64,000 nucleotides of DNA from an uncultured Acidimicrobiia bacterium (lineage in GTDB: Bacteria > Actinomycetota > Acidimicrobiia > Spongiisociales > ZC4RG35), in NCBI GenBank assembly GCA_963790345.1, contig CAWBOD010000012.1:84188-148187 (forward strand). The letters run 5' to 3'. Made by a program: the position numbers and the translations under genes. Shown here piece after piece: positions 41,371 through 54,937 of this stretch. Under the pieces are notes generated by a model, which saw nothing but the letters and a program-made list of their open reading frames with translations, was not told where the DNA came from and made no database searches. The first letter of the stretch is position 1, and every line of letters begins with the position of its first letter.

Positions 41371-43201
41371 AGAGACTTGTGCCAGCGTTCATCTTCTCGT
41401 CGAGGTCGACCCGAAGGGCGGCCACGAATGCCTCCTGGGGGACCTCGACCGAGCCGACCATCTTCATCCGCTTCTTTCCCTCTTTCTGGCGGTCGAGAAG
41501 CTTCTTCTTGCGGCTGATGTCGCCGCCGTAGCATTTGGCCAGGACATCCTTGCGCTTGGCCTTGACGGTCTCCCTGGCGATGATGCGCCCACCGACGGCT
41601 GCCTGGATCGGCACGTCGAAGAGTTGGCGGGGGATCAGGGCCTTGAGCCGCTCGGTCATCACCTTTCCGTATGCGAAGGCCTTGTCGCGGTGGACGATGG
41701 CCGAGAAGGCATCGACCGGCACCGCGTTGAGGAGGATGTCGACCTTGACCAGATCCGACACCCGGTACCCCGAGGGCTCGTAGTCGAGGGAGGCGTAGCC
41801 CCTGGTCCTCGATTTGAGCATGTCGAAGAAATCGAACACCACTTCGGCCAGCGGCATCTGATAAGTCAGCTCGACCCGTTCGGTCGACAGGTAGTGGAGG
41901 GAAACATGCTCTCCGCGCCTGGTTTGGACCAGTTCCATGATCGGGCCGATGAATTCGGATGGCGAGATGATCATCGTCTTGACGTACGGCTCCTCGATCT
42001 GATGTCGAGAGTCGGCGTCGGGAAGGTCCTGGGGGGACTTGATCTCGACAACGTCGCCGTTGGTGAGACCAACCCGGAAGGCGACTGAAGGGGCGGTGGC
42101 GACCAGGTCGAGGTTGTATTCGCGCTCGAGCCGTTCGCGGACGATCTCCATGTGAAGGAGGCCGAGGAAGCCCAGCCGGAACCCGAACCCCAGGGCTCGA
42201 CTCGACTCGGGCTCGTATTGAAGAGAAGCATCGTTGAGCTTGAGCTTCTCCAGCGCCTCGCGGAGCCGTTCGAAGTCGTCCCCATCCGTCGGGAACAGGC
42301 CCGAATAGACCATCGGCTTCGGTTCGGCATAGCCGGGCAGAGGCTCGGTGGCAGGGTCGCGAGCCGAGGTGACGGTGTCGCCGACCTTGATCCGGCCGAT
42401 GTCCTTGACGCCGGTGATGAGATAGCCGACTTCACCCGGACCCAGCGATTGGACCGCAACGGCTTTGGGCGTGATCACGCCCACCTCTTCGGTTCCGTGG
42501 GTCTCACCGGTGACGACGAAGCGGATCCGATCGCCGGCCGACAGGGTTCCGTCCACCACCCGGATGTAGCAAACGACTCCGCGGTAGATGTCGTAGTAGC
42601 TGTCGAACACCAGGGCCCGAAGTGGGGCGTCGGGATCTCCCACCGGAGCGGGTATCCGATGGACGATCTCCTCCAGCAAGGTGTCGACGCCGGCCCCGGT
42701 CTTGGCCGAAAGCGCCAGGACCTCTTCGGGTTTCCCTCCGAGGATTTCGACAAGTTCGCCGGTGACCCGCTCGGGGTCGGCGGCGGCGAGGTCGATCTTG
42801 TTGAGGGCCGGGATGATCTCCAGCCCGGCATTGATGGCCATGTAGGCGTTGGCGAGGGTCTGGGCCTGGACCCCCTGGGCGGCGTCGGCCAGCAGCAGGG
42901 CCCCCTCGCAGGCCGCCAGCGAGCGCGACACCTCGTACGAGAAGTCGACATGGCCCGGGGTGTCGATGAGGTTGATGACGTAGTCCTGCCCATCGCGGGC
43001 CGTGTAGTAGAGCCGAACCGCCTGGGCCTTGATGGTGATGCCCCGCTCCCGCTCGAGGTCCATCGAGTCGAGGACCTGGTCCCGCATATCCCTGGCGGAC
43101 ACCGCCCCGGTCATCTCCAGGAGGCGATCGGCCAGCGTCGACTTCCCATGATCGATATGGGCGATGATGCAGAAATTACGTATGCGCGCTGGAGGAAACA
43201 T
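41367..43201 (-). CDS. lepA: translation elongation factor 4 (LepA); 3' end approximate
   Basis: [23 protein letters not shown] ... DTPGHVDF ... [21 protein letters not shown]. The track ORF runs on to 41201 through a non-homologous tail, so a frame error near 41370-41395 probably hides the true stop. Confidence 0.93.
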
Positions 43202-43399
43202 GGTGAAGGGGGAGCCGCCGGCATTGTATCTGGCCGAGCCCGGCTGCTAACGTTGCCGGCACTGGCGGTCGGCCACATCCTGGCTGGCCGTTCTATGTTT
43301 GGTTCAGTAGTTCAAGCCGGTTCACGATCCCTTCAGGGCATTGGCTCAGGGAATTGACCCGGCCGATTCACCAACATTTCGAGAGAGTTGCTCTGCCCC

Positions 43400-43660
43400 A
43401 TGGCCAACATCAAGTCACAGATCAAGCGCAACCGCCAGAACGAGGTCCGCGCAGCCCGTAACAAGGCCGCCAAGTCGGAGCTGAAGACCCGCATCAAGGC
43501 GGTCACCAATGCTGCCGAGGGCGAGGATGCCGGTGACCTCTACCGCACGGCCCAGAAGCGGATCGACATGGCCGTAACCAAAGGCCTGCTGCATCCCAAC
43601 ACCGCCGCCCGCCGCAAGTCCAGGCTGGCCAAGAAGAGTCGGCTAGCGTCGAGTCGGTAG
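43400..43660 (+). CDS. rpsT: 30S ribosomal protein S20
   Basis: MANIKSQIKRNRQNEVRAARNKAAKSELKTRIKA ... AARRKSRLAKK. Confidence 0.93.
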   Translation: MANIKSQIKRNRQNEVRAARNKAAKSELKTRIKAVTNAAEGEDAGDLYRTAQKRIDMAVTKGLLHPNTAARRKSRLAKKSRLASSR

Positions 43661-43683
43661 GTTCGCCTGCGTCCAGTGCGGGC

Positions 43684-43814
43684 GAGACGCCAGACGCCAG
43701 ACGCCAAAACTGCCGACGCCGGATCGCGTACGAAGCCAGACTTCTCGCACATGAAACAGACCGGTAGGCAACCAGACGCACCTCTGAATATCTGGCGTCT
43801 GGCGTCTGGCGTCT
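43684..43814. repeat. inverted pair of heptamer arrays, (GAGACGC)(CAGACGC)2 at 43684-43706 and (TCTGGCG)3 at 43791-43814, around an 84-nt spacer
   Basis: Read directly. The left array starts 24 nt after the rpsT stop. The right array includes the holA stop codon (cta, 43813-43815). The spacer contains decayed heptamers (gccgacgcc, gccagac, accagacgc). Confidence 0.9.
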
Positions 43815-44819
43815 ACGCTCTTCGCCGGGTTCCGTACCAGCGGCATAGGGCCACTGTCAGGCGTTCCAGGGTTACCCGGTGGACTTCTTCGGGTTGAGTC
43901 TTCATCACCCGATCGGCCCGCACCAGAGCTGCCAGGGCCTTGCCCAGCGAGGAATCGTTGACCCTTCCCCGGTCGCGCCAGAGCCGGGCTGCTCGACGGT
44001 CGTCCGACCTCGCCCCGATCGCCGACCGGAACGATTCCTCGTCCTCGGAGGCCGAAGCCACCGCTCGCCTGCGCAGGTCGCCCTCGAGGGTCGGCGAGCA
44101 GGACCAAGCGGGTGACCGTGAGTCATGTAGTCCGACAGCCGTCTGAGCGCCTCACCTACGTTGCCAGCGGAGATGGCGTCGGTGTAGTGCACCAGCGGAT
44201 CGTCGGGACGACTGCGAAAGCGATCGAGCACGAGGGCCTTGGTTATCTTGCCGCGGTGCTCGTGCAGTTGGTCGAGGGCCTGTCCGAGGGCAGCGGTGTC
44301 GGTTCCGAAGCGCTGCAGTAGAGCTTCGCTGGCGTCTCCCTCGAGCATCGAGATCGCGGTGGCGAATCTCGTTGCCGAGCCATTCGCCCGCCTGACGCTC
44401 CCACATCTTCCGAACCGTGACCACCTCGCCGGTGGCCTTGATCAGCTTGGCCAAGGCGGCGGGCAGTGAGCCGAAGGCCACCAAGCTCACTGCCACGGAC
44501 TCGTCGTCGGCCTGGGCCAGCAGCTCGGCCAGAAGGGCGGTTTCGGCTGCGTTGAGGTTCTGGGCTTCGACAACCATCACCCCCTGCTTGTCGCCAAACA
44601 GCGAACCCGACTGCAGCATCGGAATCAGCGGCTCGAGGTCGGTTCGGAGCGGGCCATCACCGTCCTCCCCCCCTCCTCTGGCCGGGAACATCGAGACGAA
44701 CGATCTGGTCGGACGGGACTCCAGCCGCGATCAGGAAAGCCGCGGCCCCGCTCGAGCATCTCCTGGCGCTCACCCGGACCCACATTGCTGGAACCCGACA
44801 CATGGAGGATGTTCCTCAT
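43813..44819 (-). CDS. holA: DNA polymerase III delta subunit, at least 3 frame breaks
   Basis: Pieces are in ORFs 44152..44691 (LQSGSLFGDKQGVMVVEAQNLNAAETALLAELL), 43905..44348 and 43813..44061. Its position between rpsT and comEC matches the conserved actinobacterial order. Confidence 0.75.
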
Positions 44820-45657
44820 GCCGGCACCCGGGCGCGGTCCGACCGAACAGCGAGACAAGGTCGGCGGCTTCCTCGACGTCGTGGACCCGGATGAAGTCGG
44901 CTCCGTACTCGAGGGCCAGGGTGATGTAGGCCATGACCCGATGGTCCTCGGCCTTCCGCGGGAATCGGGATCAGAAGGGGCTTTCCCAGCTCGTGCAACG
45001 AGGCGCTCTCGCGAATGACCTCCATCTGCAGCTTCGTATACGCCTGATAGTCGCCTCGATAGTTGAGCGCGATCCCTGGATCGAGGACGACGTTCTCGAT
45101 CCCTTCGGCGGCCAGTTCTTCCAATCGCTCGCCGGAATATTTCGGCCGTGCGAGCCGCTTTCCGCGGCCCGGTGTCGACGCTTCCGACGTCGTGAGGATG
45201 ATCACCTTCCACATAGACGGCCACCGCGGCCACCTCGGAGGAAGCCACGATCTCGACGCATTTCCGGGTCGACCAAACCACCGGTGTCGTTGATCATCTG
45301 CACGCCTCGCTGGATCGCCTCCCGGGCGACATCGGGCTTCCAGGTGTCCACGGAGACCAAGAAGCCGTCGGCCAACAGCGCATCGACTACAGGGAGCAAA
45401 CGGGCCAGTTCCAGGGAAGAGTCGATGGTGGGATTGTCGTAGTGCGACGACTGGCCACCCAGGTCGATGATCGTCGCTCCCCATCGGCGATAGCGCCGAG
45501 CGAGCGCCACCGCCTCGTCGATCCCGGTGGCGACAGTGTGCGTGTTCTTCGACTCGGGAGAGAGGTTGATGACTCCCATCACGTAGGTGACATCGCCAAA
45601 CTCGAGGTCCACTCCCCCGAGCCGAAGCGGCTCCTTTACCACGTCACTCGACTTCAT
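44820..45657 (-). CDS. dihydropteroate-synthase-like (pterin-binding) protein, at least 2 frame breaks; 3' end uncertain
   Basis: The ATG at 45657 overlaps the upstream stop (ATGA). The sequence reads YVMGVINLSPESK ... GATIIDLGGQSS ... VSVDTWKPDVAREAIQRGVQMINDTGG ... ADFIRVHDVEEAADL. The usual GESTRPG is replaced by GGQSSHYD. Confidence 0.65.
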
Positions 45658-46113
45658 GGCCCGATCAGCAGGGACCCGCTGAACCCGGTCGTGCCGTCGG
45701 GCAAGCGCAGCACGATGGTTTCCGATCGAGTCTCTCCCGCCGGCACCAGACCGATCTGGAAAGGAATGACGGTGCTGCCGACCCGGAGCCGCACCGTTCC
45801 CCGCCACGGCCGTGCTGCCATCGATTGGTGATCGGAACGGTGACGGCGATCTCGTTGGGCCCCTGAGCCGACACCGAGACATCGACCTCCAGGGCTCCCC
45901 CGCACGGTTCTGCTCGACGCCGGCTTCGACCACCGCCGACCCGGTTATCACCGGCCGATCTTCGTCCCCGACCGCCACTTCGAAGGGGCGGGCGATCTCC
46001 CGAGTACAGCTGACGACGTGGGTCAATCCCCTCAGGCTGGAGAGGACGACAGGGATCAGAAACACGCCGAAAAGGACGAAAACAGCGAGGCGAGGTCTGA
46101 GGAGGGCGGGCAC
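45654..46113 (-). CDS. hypothetical membrane-anchored protein, 2-3 frame breaks
   Basis: N-terminal TM (RLAVFVLFGVFLIPVVLSSL). The rest is assembled from three frames (ARPFEVAVGDEDRPVITGSAVVEAGV / ALEVDVSVSAQGPNEIAVTVPITN / VGSTVIPFQIGLVPAGETRSETIVLRLPDGTTGFSGSLLIGP). Confidence 0.45.
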
Positions 46114-46179
46114 GGGACCCGGGCGATGGTACTCGGGCGCCGGCTCGGAACCCCATACACTGCCTCCGTGCGCTCCCGG

Positions 46180-46993
46180 ATGACCCTTACCTTTGACCGC
46201 GCCAAGACACTTCTCCTCATGTCGGGGCTGATCCTGATCGGAGTCGTCGGCCTGGTGGCGCTGACCCGCGGGGTCGATCCGGTCGAGGTGGCCGGAACCC
46301 TCCTGTTCGTTCCGGTATTCGCCGGGTTCCTCTTTTTCGGGGTTCCCGGAGGCGTCATCCTCGGCGATCGCGGCCGGAGCGGCCTACGTCATCTTGCGTT
46401 GGCCGGCGGTCCAGCTGGTCGGGTTGAGCCCGCTGGCGGGCCAGATCGCGGCCCGGGTGGCCGGTTACATCATCTTCGGAATGGGTGGTGGATGGGCGAT
46501 CGGCCAGATCAGGGCGACCCTGGAGAAGCTCGAGCTCCACGACGACATCGACGACGAGACCGGTCTCGGCAACGCCCGGTCCATGCTCGAGACCGTCGAC
46601 CTCGAACGGGCCCGGGCCGATCGATACCAGAAGCTCTTCTCGGTTGTCGCCGCCGACTTCAGAGCTCCCGGCTGGGAGGAAATGTCGCCCCGCAAGCAAC
46701 GCACCGTCCTTCGTGACCTCGGGATCAAGGTTGCCGCCGGCGTTAGGGCCACCGATCACGTGGCTCACGCTCGACGCGGCGAGCACCACATCATCGGGGT
46801 GGTGCTGCCGGAGACGGCCGCGGCCGGGGCCCGGATCTTTGCCGACAATCTGCATCGTCAGCTGATCGGTTTGACCACGTCGGCGGAGGTCCGGGTGGCG
46901 ACCGCGACCCACCCCTCCGATCCCGAGCCGCTGAAGCTGATCCTCGACCTCTTCAAGGAACTGGACCGCTCGCAGCGACCGGCAGCCGTCTGA
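46180..46993 (+). CDS. membrane protein with degenerate GGDEF-like domain, one frame break
   Basis: TM region in the frame of ORF 46018..46716 (from MTLTFDRAK), continuing in ORF 46394..46993 (DDETGLGNARSMLETVDLERARADRYQKLFSVVAADF ... ARRGEHHIIGVVLPE). RRGEH stands where GGDEF is expected. Confidence 0.6.
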
Positions 46994-49203
46994 GCGGGAT
47001 CGCCGGTGAGCGGGATCACACGTCTCCGGCTTGATCGGTTCTGAGAACAACCGCCCCGAGCGAGGTCGAGCACCTCAATGCACCTCCGGAGCCGGGATGC
47101 CCGTAGTCATTGTCTCCGACGCTTATCACCGCCACCTGGCGGTCGATGTCGCGGCCAACCAGGACAGGCTGGAAGTGGCGCCGCCCGTGATGGGGGACCT
47201 TGAGGACGTCGGTCCGTGATCGAGCCCAGATCGGCCTGCGCGGCCACTTCGATATCTCCGGTCATCAGCACGGTGGTCGAACCGGCGGTGACCATGAGCA
47301 CGATCGATTGGTCGTTGGTGCCCTGCATAGCGGCGCAACGGGGCCGAGCACTTCGATGCGTGATGTCGCCGTAGCTCTGCAGCGTCCCGACCGGCGGGCG
47401 TTTCGATGGGCACCCCGATCGAGTGCCAGCTGTTCCGAAACCAACTCCCACGACTCGCCGGTATGAGCCGTCCCCCAGGTCCAGACCCGCTCGATCGGGA
47501 TTCGTCCCACCAGGCCGACCAGTCCCGGCGATGTGATCCTCGTGGGGATGGGTGACCACCAGAAGGTTGATCCGGTCGACTCCATAGCGTCGCAGAGCGG
47601 AGGCCAGGACCGGTGGGTCGGGTCCGGCGTCAACCAGCACGGTGCTTCCGTCGCTGGCAAGGATCAGGCTGGCATCACCCTGCCCGACATCGAGAAACAC
47701 CACCGCCGGGGGAGCCACGCATCGCGGTCCCGAGCCCACCCCACACCAGAGCCAGCGGCAGCCGCCACTGCCAGCCACGGCCGCAATCGACCCGACCGGC
47801 CATGCGAACGCCGACGCCTGCGACGACAACCACCCCGCCGAGACCCAGCTGGGGGAAGCCGGCCGCCAGGTGGGCCAGGTCGAGGATGAGGTCGGCCAGG
47901 CCGATGGCTGTTGCAACGAAGAGGCTCGAGCCCGGTCAGCGTGCCCAGGCCTCCGAGCAGCGTGACCACCGACACCAGCGGAGCAGCCACCAGGTTGGCG
48001 AGAGGTGACACCGAGAGGCACCGACCCGAAAGCGATGAGGAGCAGCGGTGTCACGGCTGCCTGGGCGGCGAGGGTCGGGCCCCAACGAACCTCGAAGCCA
48101 GCCCGGGAGAGAGCCCGGAAGCAGGTCCCCGCCGCTCATGATCCCGGCTGTCGCCAGTACCGAGAGCTGGAAACCGATGCTCTCGGTTAGTTCGGGAGCC
48201 ACCAGGAGAGCAAGCGCCCCCGACCATCCGAGGGCCGTCCACGAGTCGACCGGGACCCCGATGGCGCGGCCGACCAGTACCAGGCCCGCCATGAGCGAGG
48301 CGCGCACCACCGATGGTTCCCATCTCGTGGCGACGGCGAATACCGCCACCGCCACCAGGCCGAGGACTCCTCGTCTGCGACCGCCGATCCCGAGGGGACC
48401 GAGGACGATGAACCAGAGGAGCAGGAACCCGGCGACGTTGGCGCCGGAGACCGCTACGTAGTGAGAGATCCCCGCGCAATCGCAGGGCGTCGATGTCGGC
48501 CCGCGGGAATTCGTCGACGGCTCCCACCAGAAATCCAGAAACGAGGGCCGCACCCGGACCGCGACCTCCGCAGGTGTCCGAGGACCCGGCCGCGAATGCC
48601 GTTGCCAGCCCATAGGAATGGGTTGGTGTCGCCTCCTCCCGTGGTCGATCCGGCTAGCGGAAACCGTCCCCGCGAACTTCGAGCCCCCCACCTCACCGGG
48701 AGACGATCGGAATGTGCCCGTCCACCTCCAGGTGGCGACCTGGCGCGATTGTCGAGGACGAATCGACCTGGGTCTCGTCGGGCACATTGACGATCAACGG
48801 CGGGCCCTGCCAGGCCAGCCATTGGCCATCCTTCGATGCCGCTGGTCCCGGATTCGAGGTTTGAATGGCCACCGGTCGGGCCAGGAACCAGACGCCCCCG
48901 AACCGTGAGGGCCGGGCATCGGTCGCGGCGACCATCACACCGAGTTGGGTCCCTCCGGCACCTCGGGCGGTCAGCACCGCCCGGTCCCGCTGCAGTGAAA
49001 GAAGACCCGCCAGAGCTCCGGCCAAGAGCGCGGCCAGGGCGAGAACCAACGACCGTCGCCACCGTTGCATGGCGGCGATACCACCGCCTGTCGCCACCAG
49101 GACCAACCACCACCCGGATCTGCCGCACACCACCCCGACCCAGACGAGACAGGAACGCGGCGACGGCCGGCCTGGCGGCCGGGCCCGGAGTCTTCAATCT
49201 CAC
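46990..49203 (-). CDS. comEC: DNA internalization competence protein ComEC/Rec2, at least 5 frame breaks; 3' end approximate
   Basis: N-terminal TM/OB part in ORF 48693..49133. The competence domain is in 47936..48787 (HYVAVSGANVAGFLLL ... SIGFQLSVLATAGI). The MBL domain is in 47107..48054 (VVFLDVGQGDASLI ... VVTHPHEDHIAG). Confidence 0.88.
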
Positions 49204-49766
49204 GGGACCTGCACGTGGTCGCGGAGGTCGGCGAGCTTGGCCTCCCCGATCCCGGGAACATCGAGCAGGTCCTCAACGGCCTCGAAGGGCCCGTTTTCCT
49301 CCCGGTACGACACGATCCGATCGGCGATCACGGGGCCGACACCCGGGAGCGCATCGAGGTCGGCTGCGGTGGCCAGGTTGAGATGGACCTTTCGCGCCCG
49401 ACACCTCCGGCCAGCCGGGGAGGTGGAGTCTCCGCCCGGGCCGGAGACCACGATCTGCTGGCCGTCGACGACGAGAGCTGCCAGGTTGATCAGATCGGCC
49501 CGGGCGCCGGGGAGAAGGCCGCCGGCAGCCGCCACCGCGTCCGCCACCCGCGATCCTTCGGGTAGTTCCACCAGGCCCGGCTTGGTCACGTGGCCGGCAA
49601 CATGAACAGTGATCGGAGGACGACGCGGCGGATCGCTCACCGATCGTCTGAGGAGGGCTAGCAACAGGAAGGAGGGGCCGCATCCCGACCGGCGCCCCAC
49701 CACAGGCCGGCGACAATCGCCACGAGGACGAGCGCTAGACCTGCCGGCGGCTTGGGCGCGGTTCAT
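49200..49766 (-). CDS. comEA: ComEA family DNA-binding protein (SLBB + helix-hairpin-helix), about 2 frame breaks near the N-terminus
   Basis: ITVHVAGHVTKPGLVELPEGSRVADAVAAAGG ... VHLNLATAADLDALPGVGPVIADRIVSYREENGPFEAVEDLLDVPGIGEAKLADL. The TM helix AGLALVLVAIVAGLWWG is in another frame. Confidence 0.88.
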   Translation of the reverse strand: MNRAQAAGRSSARPRGDCRRPVVGRRSGCGPSFLLLALLRRSVSDPPRRPPITVHVAGHVTKPGLVELPEGSRVADAVAAAGGLLPGARADLINLAALVVDGQQIVVSGPGGDSTSPAGRRCRARKVHLNLATAADLDALPGVGPVIADRIVSYREENGPFEAVEDLLDVPGIGEAKLADLRDHVQVP

Positions 49767-49895
49767 TGACCTCCGCCTCCCGCACAGCGCTCCCGCCGGG
49801 CAAACTCCCGCCACCTTGTTTGTAGCGGCCAGGGATCGCCGGCGGAAGAGGTGGAGCCGTTAGCGTGCCGGAAAGATCTGAAAGGAGGCCGAAGC

Positions 49896-50699
49896 TTGGA
49901 CAGGTACAGGGTCGAGGAAGGGTCCCGGGTCAACCTGAGCCGATTGGGATCCGGCCGATCGTTCCGAATTCGCCGGCAGCAAGCAAGACGCTGAGAGAAA
50001 GGCCACAACCAGCTCAACAGTCGGTTGGAAGGGCTTCAGGAGACGCTCTGGGCCGATCACCGTCACCGTCTGCTCGTGGTCTTGCAGGCCATGGACACCG
50101 GCGGCAAGGACGGCACGATCCGCAATGTCTTTGACGGAGTCAACCCTATGGGCGTGAAGGTGGCGTCCTTCAAGCGACCGACTGCCCCCGAACTTGCCCA
50201 CGACTACCTCTGGAGGGTCCACCCGTCACGTTCCGGGGGACGGTGAGATCATGATCTTCAACCGCAGCCACTACGAAGACGTACTGGTCGTTCGGGTCCA
50301 CGACCTGGTCCCGCAATCGCGGTGGGAGAAGCGCTATCGACACATCCTTGAGTTCGAGAGGCTCCTCTCGGACGAAGGCACGACGATCGTCAAGTTCTTC
50401 CTCCACATTTCCAAAGAGGAGCAGCGCGGTCGGCTCCAAGCTCGAATCGACGACCCCACCAAGCAGTGGAAGTTCGCGACGGGAGACTCGAGGAACGCAA
50501 GCTCTGGGACGATTACCAGCGCGCCTACGAGGACGCCATCTCCAACACCTCAACCTCCTTCGCTCCCTGGTACATCGTGCCGGCCGACCGCAAGTGGTAT
50601 CGCGATCTGGTCGTGGCCACCGTTCTGGTCGAGGTGCTGGAGCAAATGGATCTTCGCTATCCGGAGCCGGAACCGGGCGTGACCGGGGTGGTGATTGAA

Positions 50700-50702
<3 letters not shown>
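49896..50702 (+). CDS. ppk2: polyphosphate kinase 2 family protein, at least 3 frame breaks
   Basis: SD aaggagg lies 7 nt before the TTG at 49896. Across three frames: [20 protein letters not shown] ... [38 protein letters not shown] ... [28 protein letters not shown] and [16 protein letters not shown]. Confidence 0.88.
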
Positions 50703-53681
<2,979 letters not shown>

Positions 53682-53713
53682 GGTCCGGATGAGGGTACTA
53701 GCGGGCCTCAACC

Positions 53714-53786
53714 CCAACCTCCCCGTTTTGGCGCGACAAACCGTGCCCTGGCACGGGTTTGTCGCGCCAAAACGGGGGAGGGTTGG
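53714..53786 (-). terminator. very long GC-rich hairpin (about 34-37 bp stem) starting 2 nt after the K+ channel stop; no U tract
   Basis: ccaacctccccgttttggcgcgacaaaccgtgcc / ggcacgggtttgtcgcgccaaaacgggggagggttgg. The arms are identical apart from three C/G-run lengths. Confidence 0.55.
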
Positions 53787-53787
53787 T

Positions 53788-54876
53788 CTAGGCCGGCGAG
53801 GCCGGCTGGGGGCGTTCCAACGACTCCAGGCCCTCGATCGACTCGGCCATCAAGACGATCTCGTCGCCGGCCTCCAGGACGAGCCGGGCTGCGGGATTGG
53901 CCAGAAGCTCGCCGTTGCGCGCGACCGCCAACAAGGTCGCCCCGTGATACTCGAGAAGCATTGCCGAGACCTCCAGGACCGATAGACCGATCATCCAATC
54001 AGGCATCGGGACCCGGTAGAGCTCCGATCCGATCCCACCGGACACCATGTCGGTGACCAGGTCGCCGAGACCGGGGTGGAGGGCGGTCCGGGCGAGCAGC
54101 CGGGAAGCCAGCTTGGAGGTGACCAGGACCTCATCGACGTCGGCTCTCTTGAAATGGGCGACGTGCTTGGGATTGTTGACCTCGACCACCGTCCTGACCT
54201 TTGGGGCCAGACTCTCGATCGCCAGGACGATGAGGATCGAGTGCATGTCGGCGTCGTCCGATCCGTCCTTCGGACAAATGATCGCTGCCTTGGCGTTCGC
54301 GATCCCGGCCCGGCGCAAGTCCTCGTCGTTGACACCGTCACCCCGAACGAAATAGACGGACTCGCCAGCCGGGTTGCGCTCGGCGGGGTCGATGAGAACG
54401 ATGCTGGACCCGTAGTCGTCGGATTTGAGCTCGTCGATCAGGTCGCGGGCGGTGGCGTTCCATCCGCACACCACCACGTGTTCCGTGAAACCGGCGGCAC
54501 CCATTCCTTGACCCTCCTTCAATAGGAAATCAATGACAAATCCGACTAACGCTCCGGTCATCGCGGCGACGATGCCGACACCAAAGAGGTTGAGCAACCA
54601 GCTGACCACCCACCCAACCGGTGAGGCAACGTAGGCGGAGTCCCCGGCTCCGATCACCGTTGTCAGCGCCCAGTAGAACGACTGGCCGAAGGACGAGAAC
54701 CCGAGACCTCGTTCGAAGACCGTGACTGTCATTGCCGCCATGGCGAGTACAACGGTGAGTCCCAGGATCAGCGACCGGTAGAACCTCTTATCGAGATTCG
54801 TATGGACCCGACGCAGATGCCACACGATGCGTCGCAGCATCGGCGCTGCAAACAACCCCCGGAACCACTTCCGCAT
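53788..54876 (-). CDS. two-TM potassium-channel-type protein with RCK (TrkA-N/TrkA-C) domains
   Basis: Intact 362 aa with a pore helix and filter region (FYWALTTVIGAGD), a Rossmann motif (HVVVCGWNATARDL) and a C-terminal TrkA-C-like segment. Confidence 0.8.
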   Translation of the reverse strand: MRKWFRGLFAAPMLRRIVWHLRRVHTNLDKRFYRSLILGLTVVLAMAAMTVTVFERGLGFSSFGQSFYWALTTVIGAGDSAYVASPVGWVVSWLLNLFGVGIVAAMTGALVGFVIDFLLKEGQGMGAAGFTEHVVVCGWNATARDLIDELKSDDYGSSIVLIDPAERNPAGESVYFVRGDGVNDEDLRRAGIANAKAAIICPKDGSDDADMHSILIVLAIESLAPKVRTVVEVNNPKHVAHFKRADVDEVLVTSKLASRLLARTALHPGLGDLVTDMVSGGIGSELYRVPMPDWMIGLSVLEVSAMLLEYHGATLLAVARNGELLANPAARLVLEAGDEIVLMAESIEGLESLERPQPASPA

Positions 54877-54937
54877 GACCGGGAGAGTAGAGGTACGTCC
54901 CTTAGTGCGTGGTTGACAAATCCGCCGAGCCCTGCCG

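Noticed and set aside
42152-43357. 401-aa + strand ORF opposite lepA
   Set aside because: It is a shadow ORF. The minus strand encodes an intact, highly conserved EF4.
53682-53787. T-box or other riboswitch leader for leuS (and similarly upstream of glyQS, 25603-25690)
   Set aside because: The spacers are too short and lack T-box specifier or antiterminator features. The leuS spacer is essentially one long hairpin.
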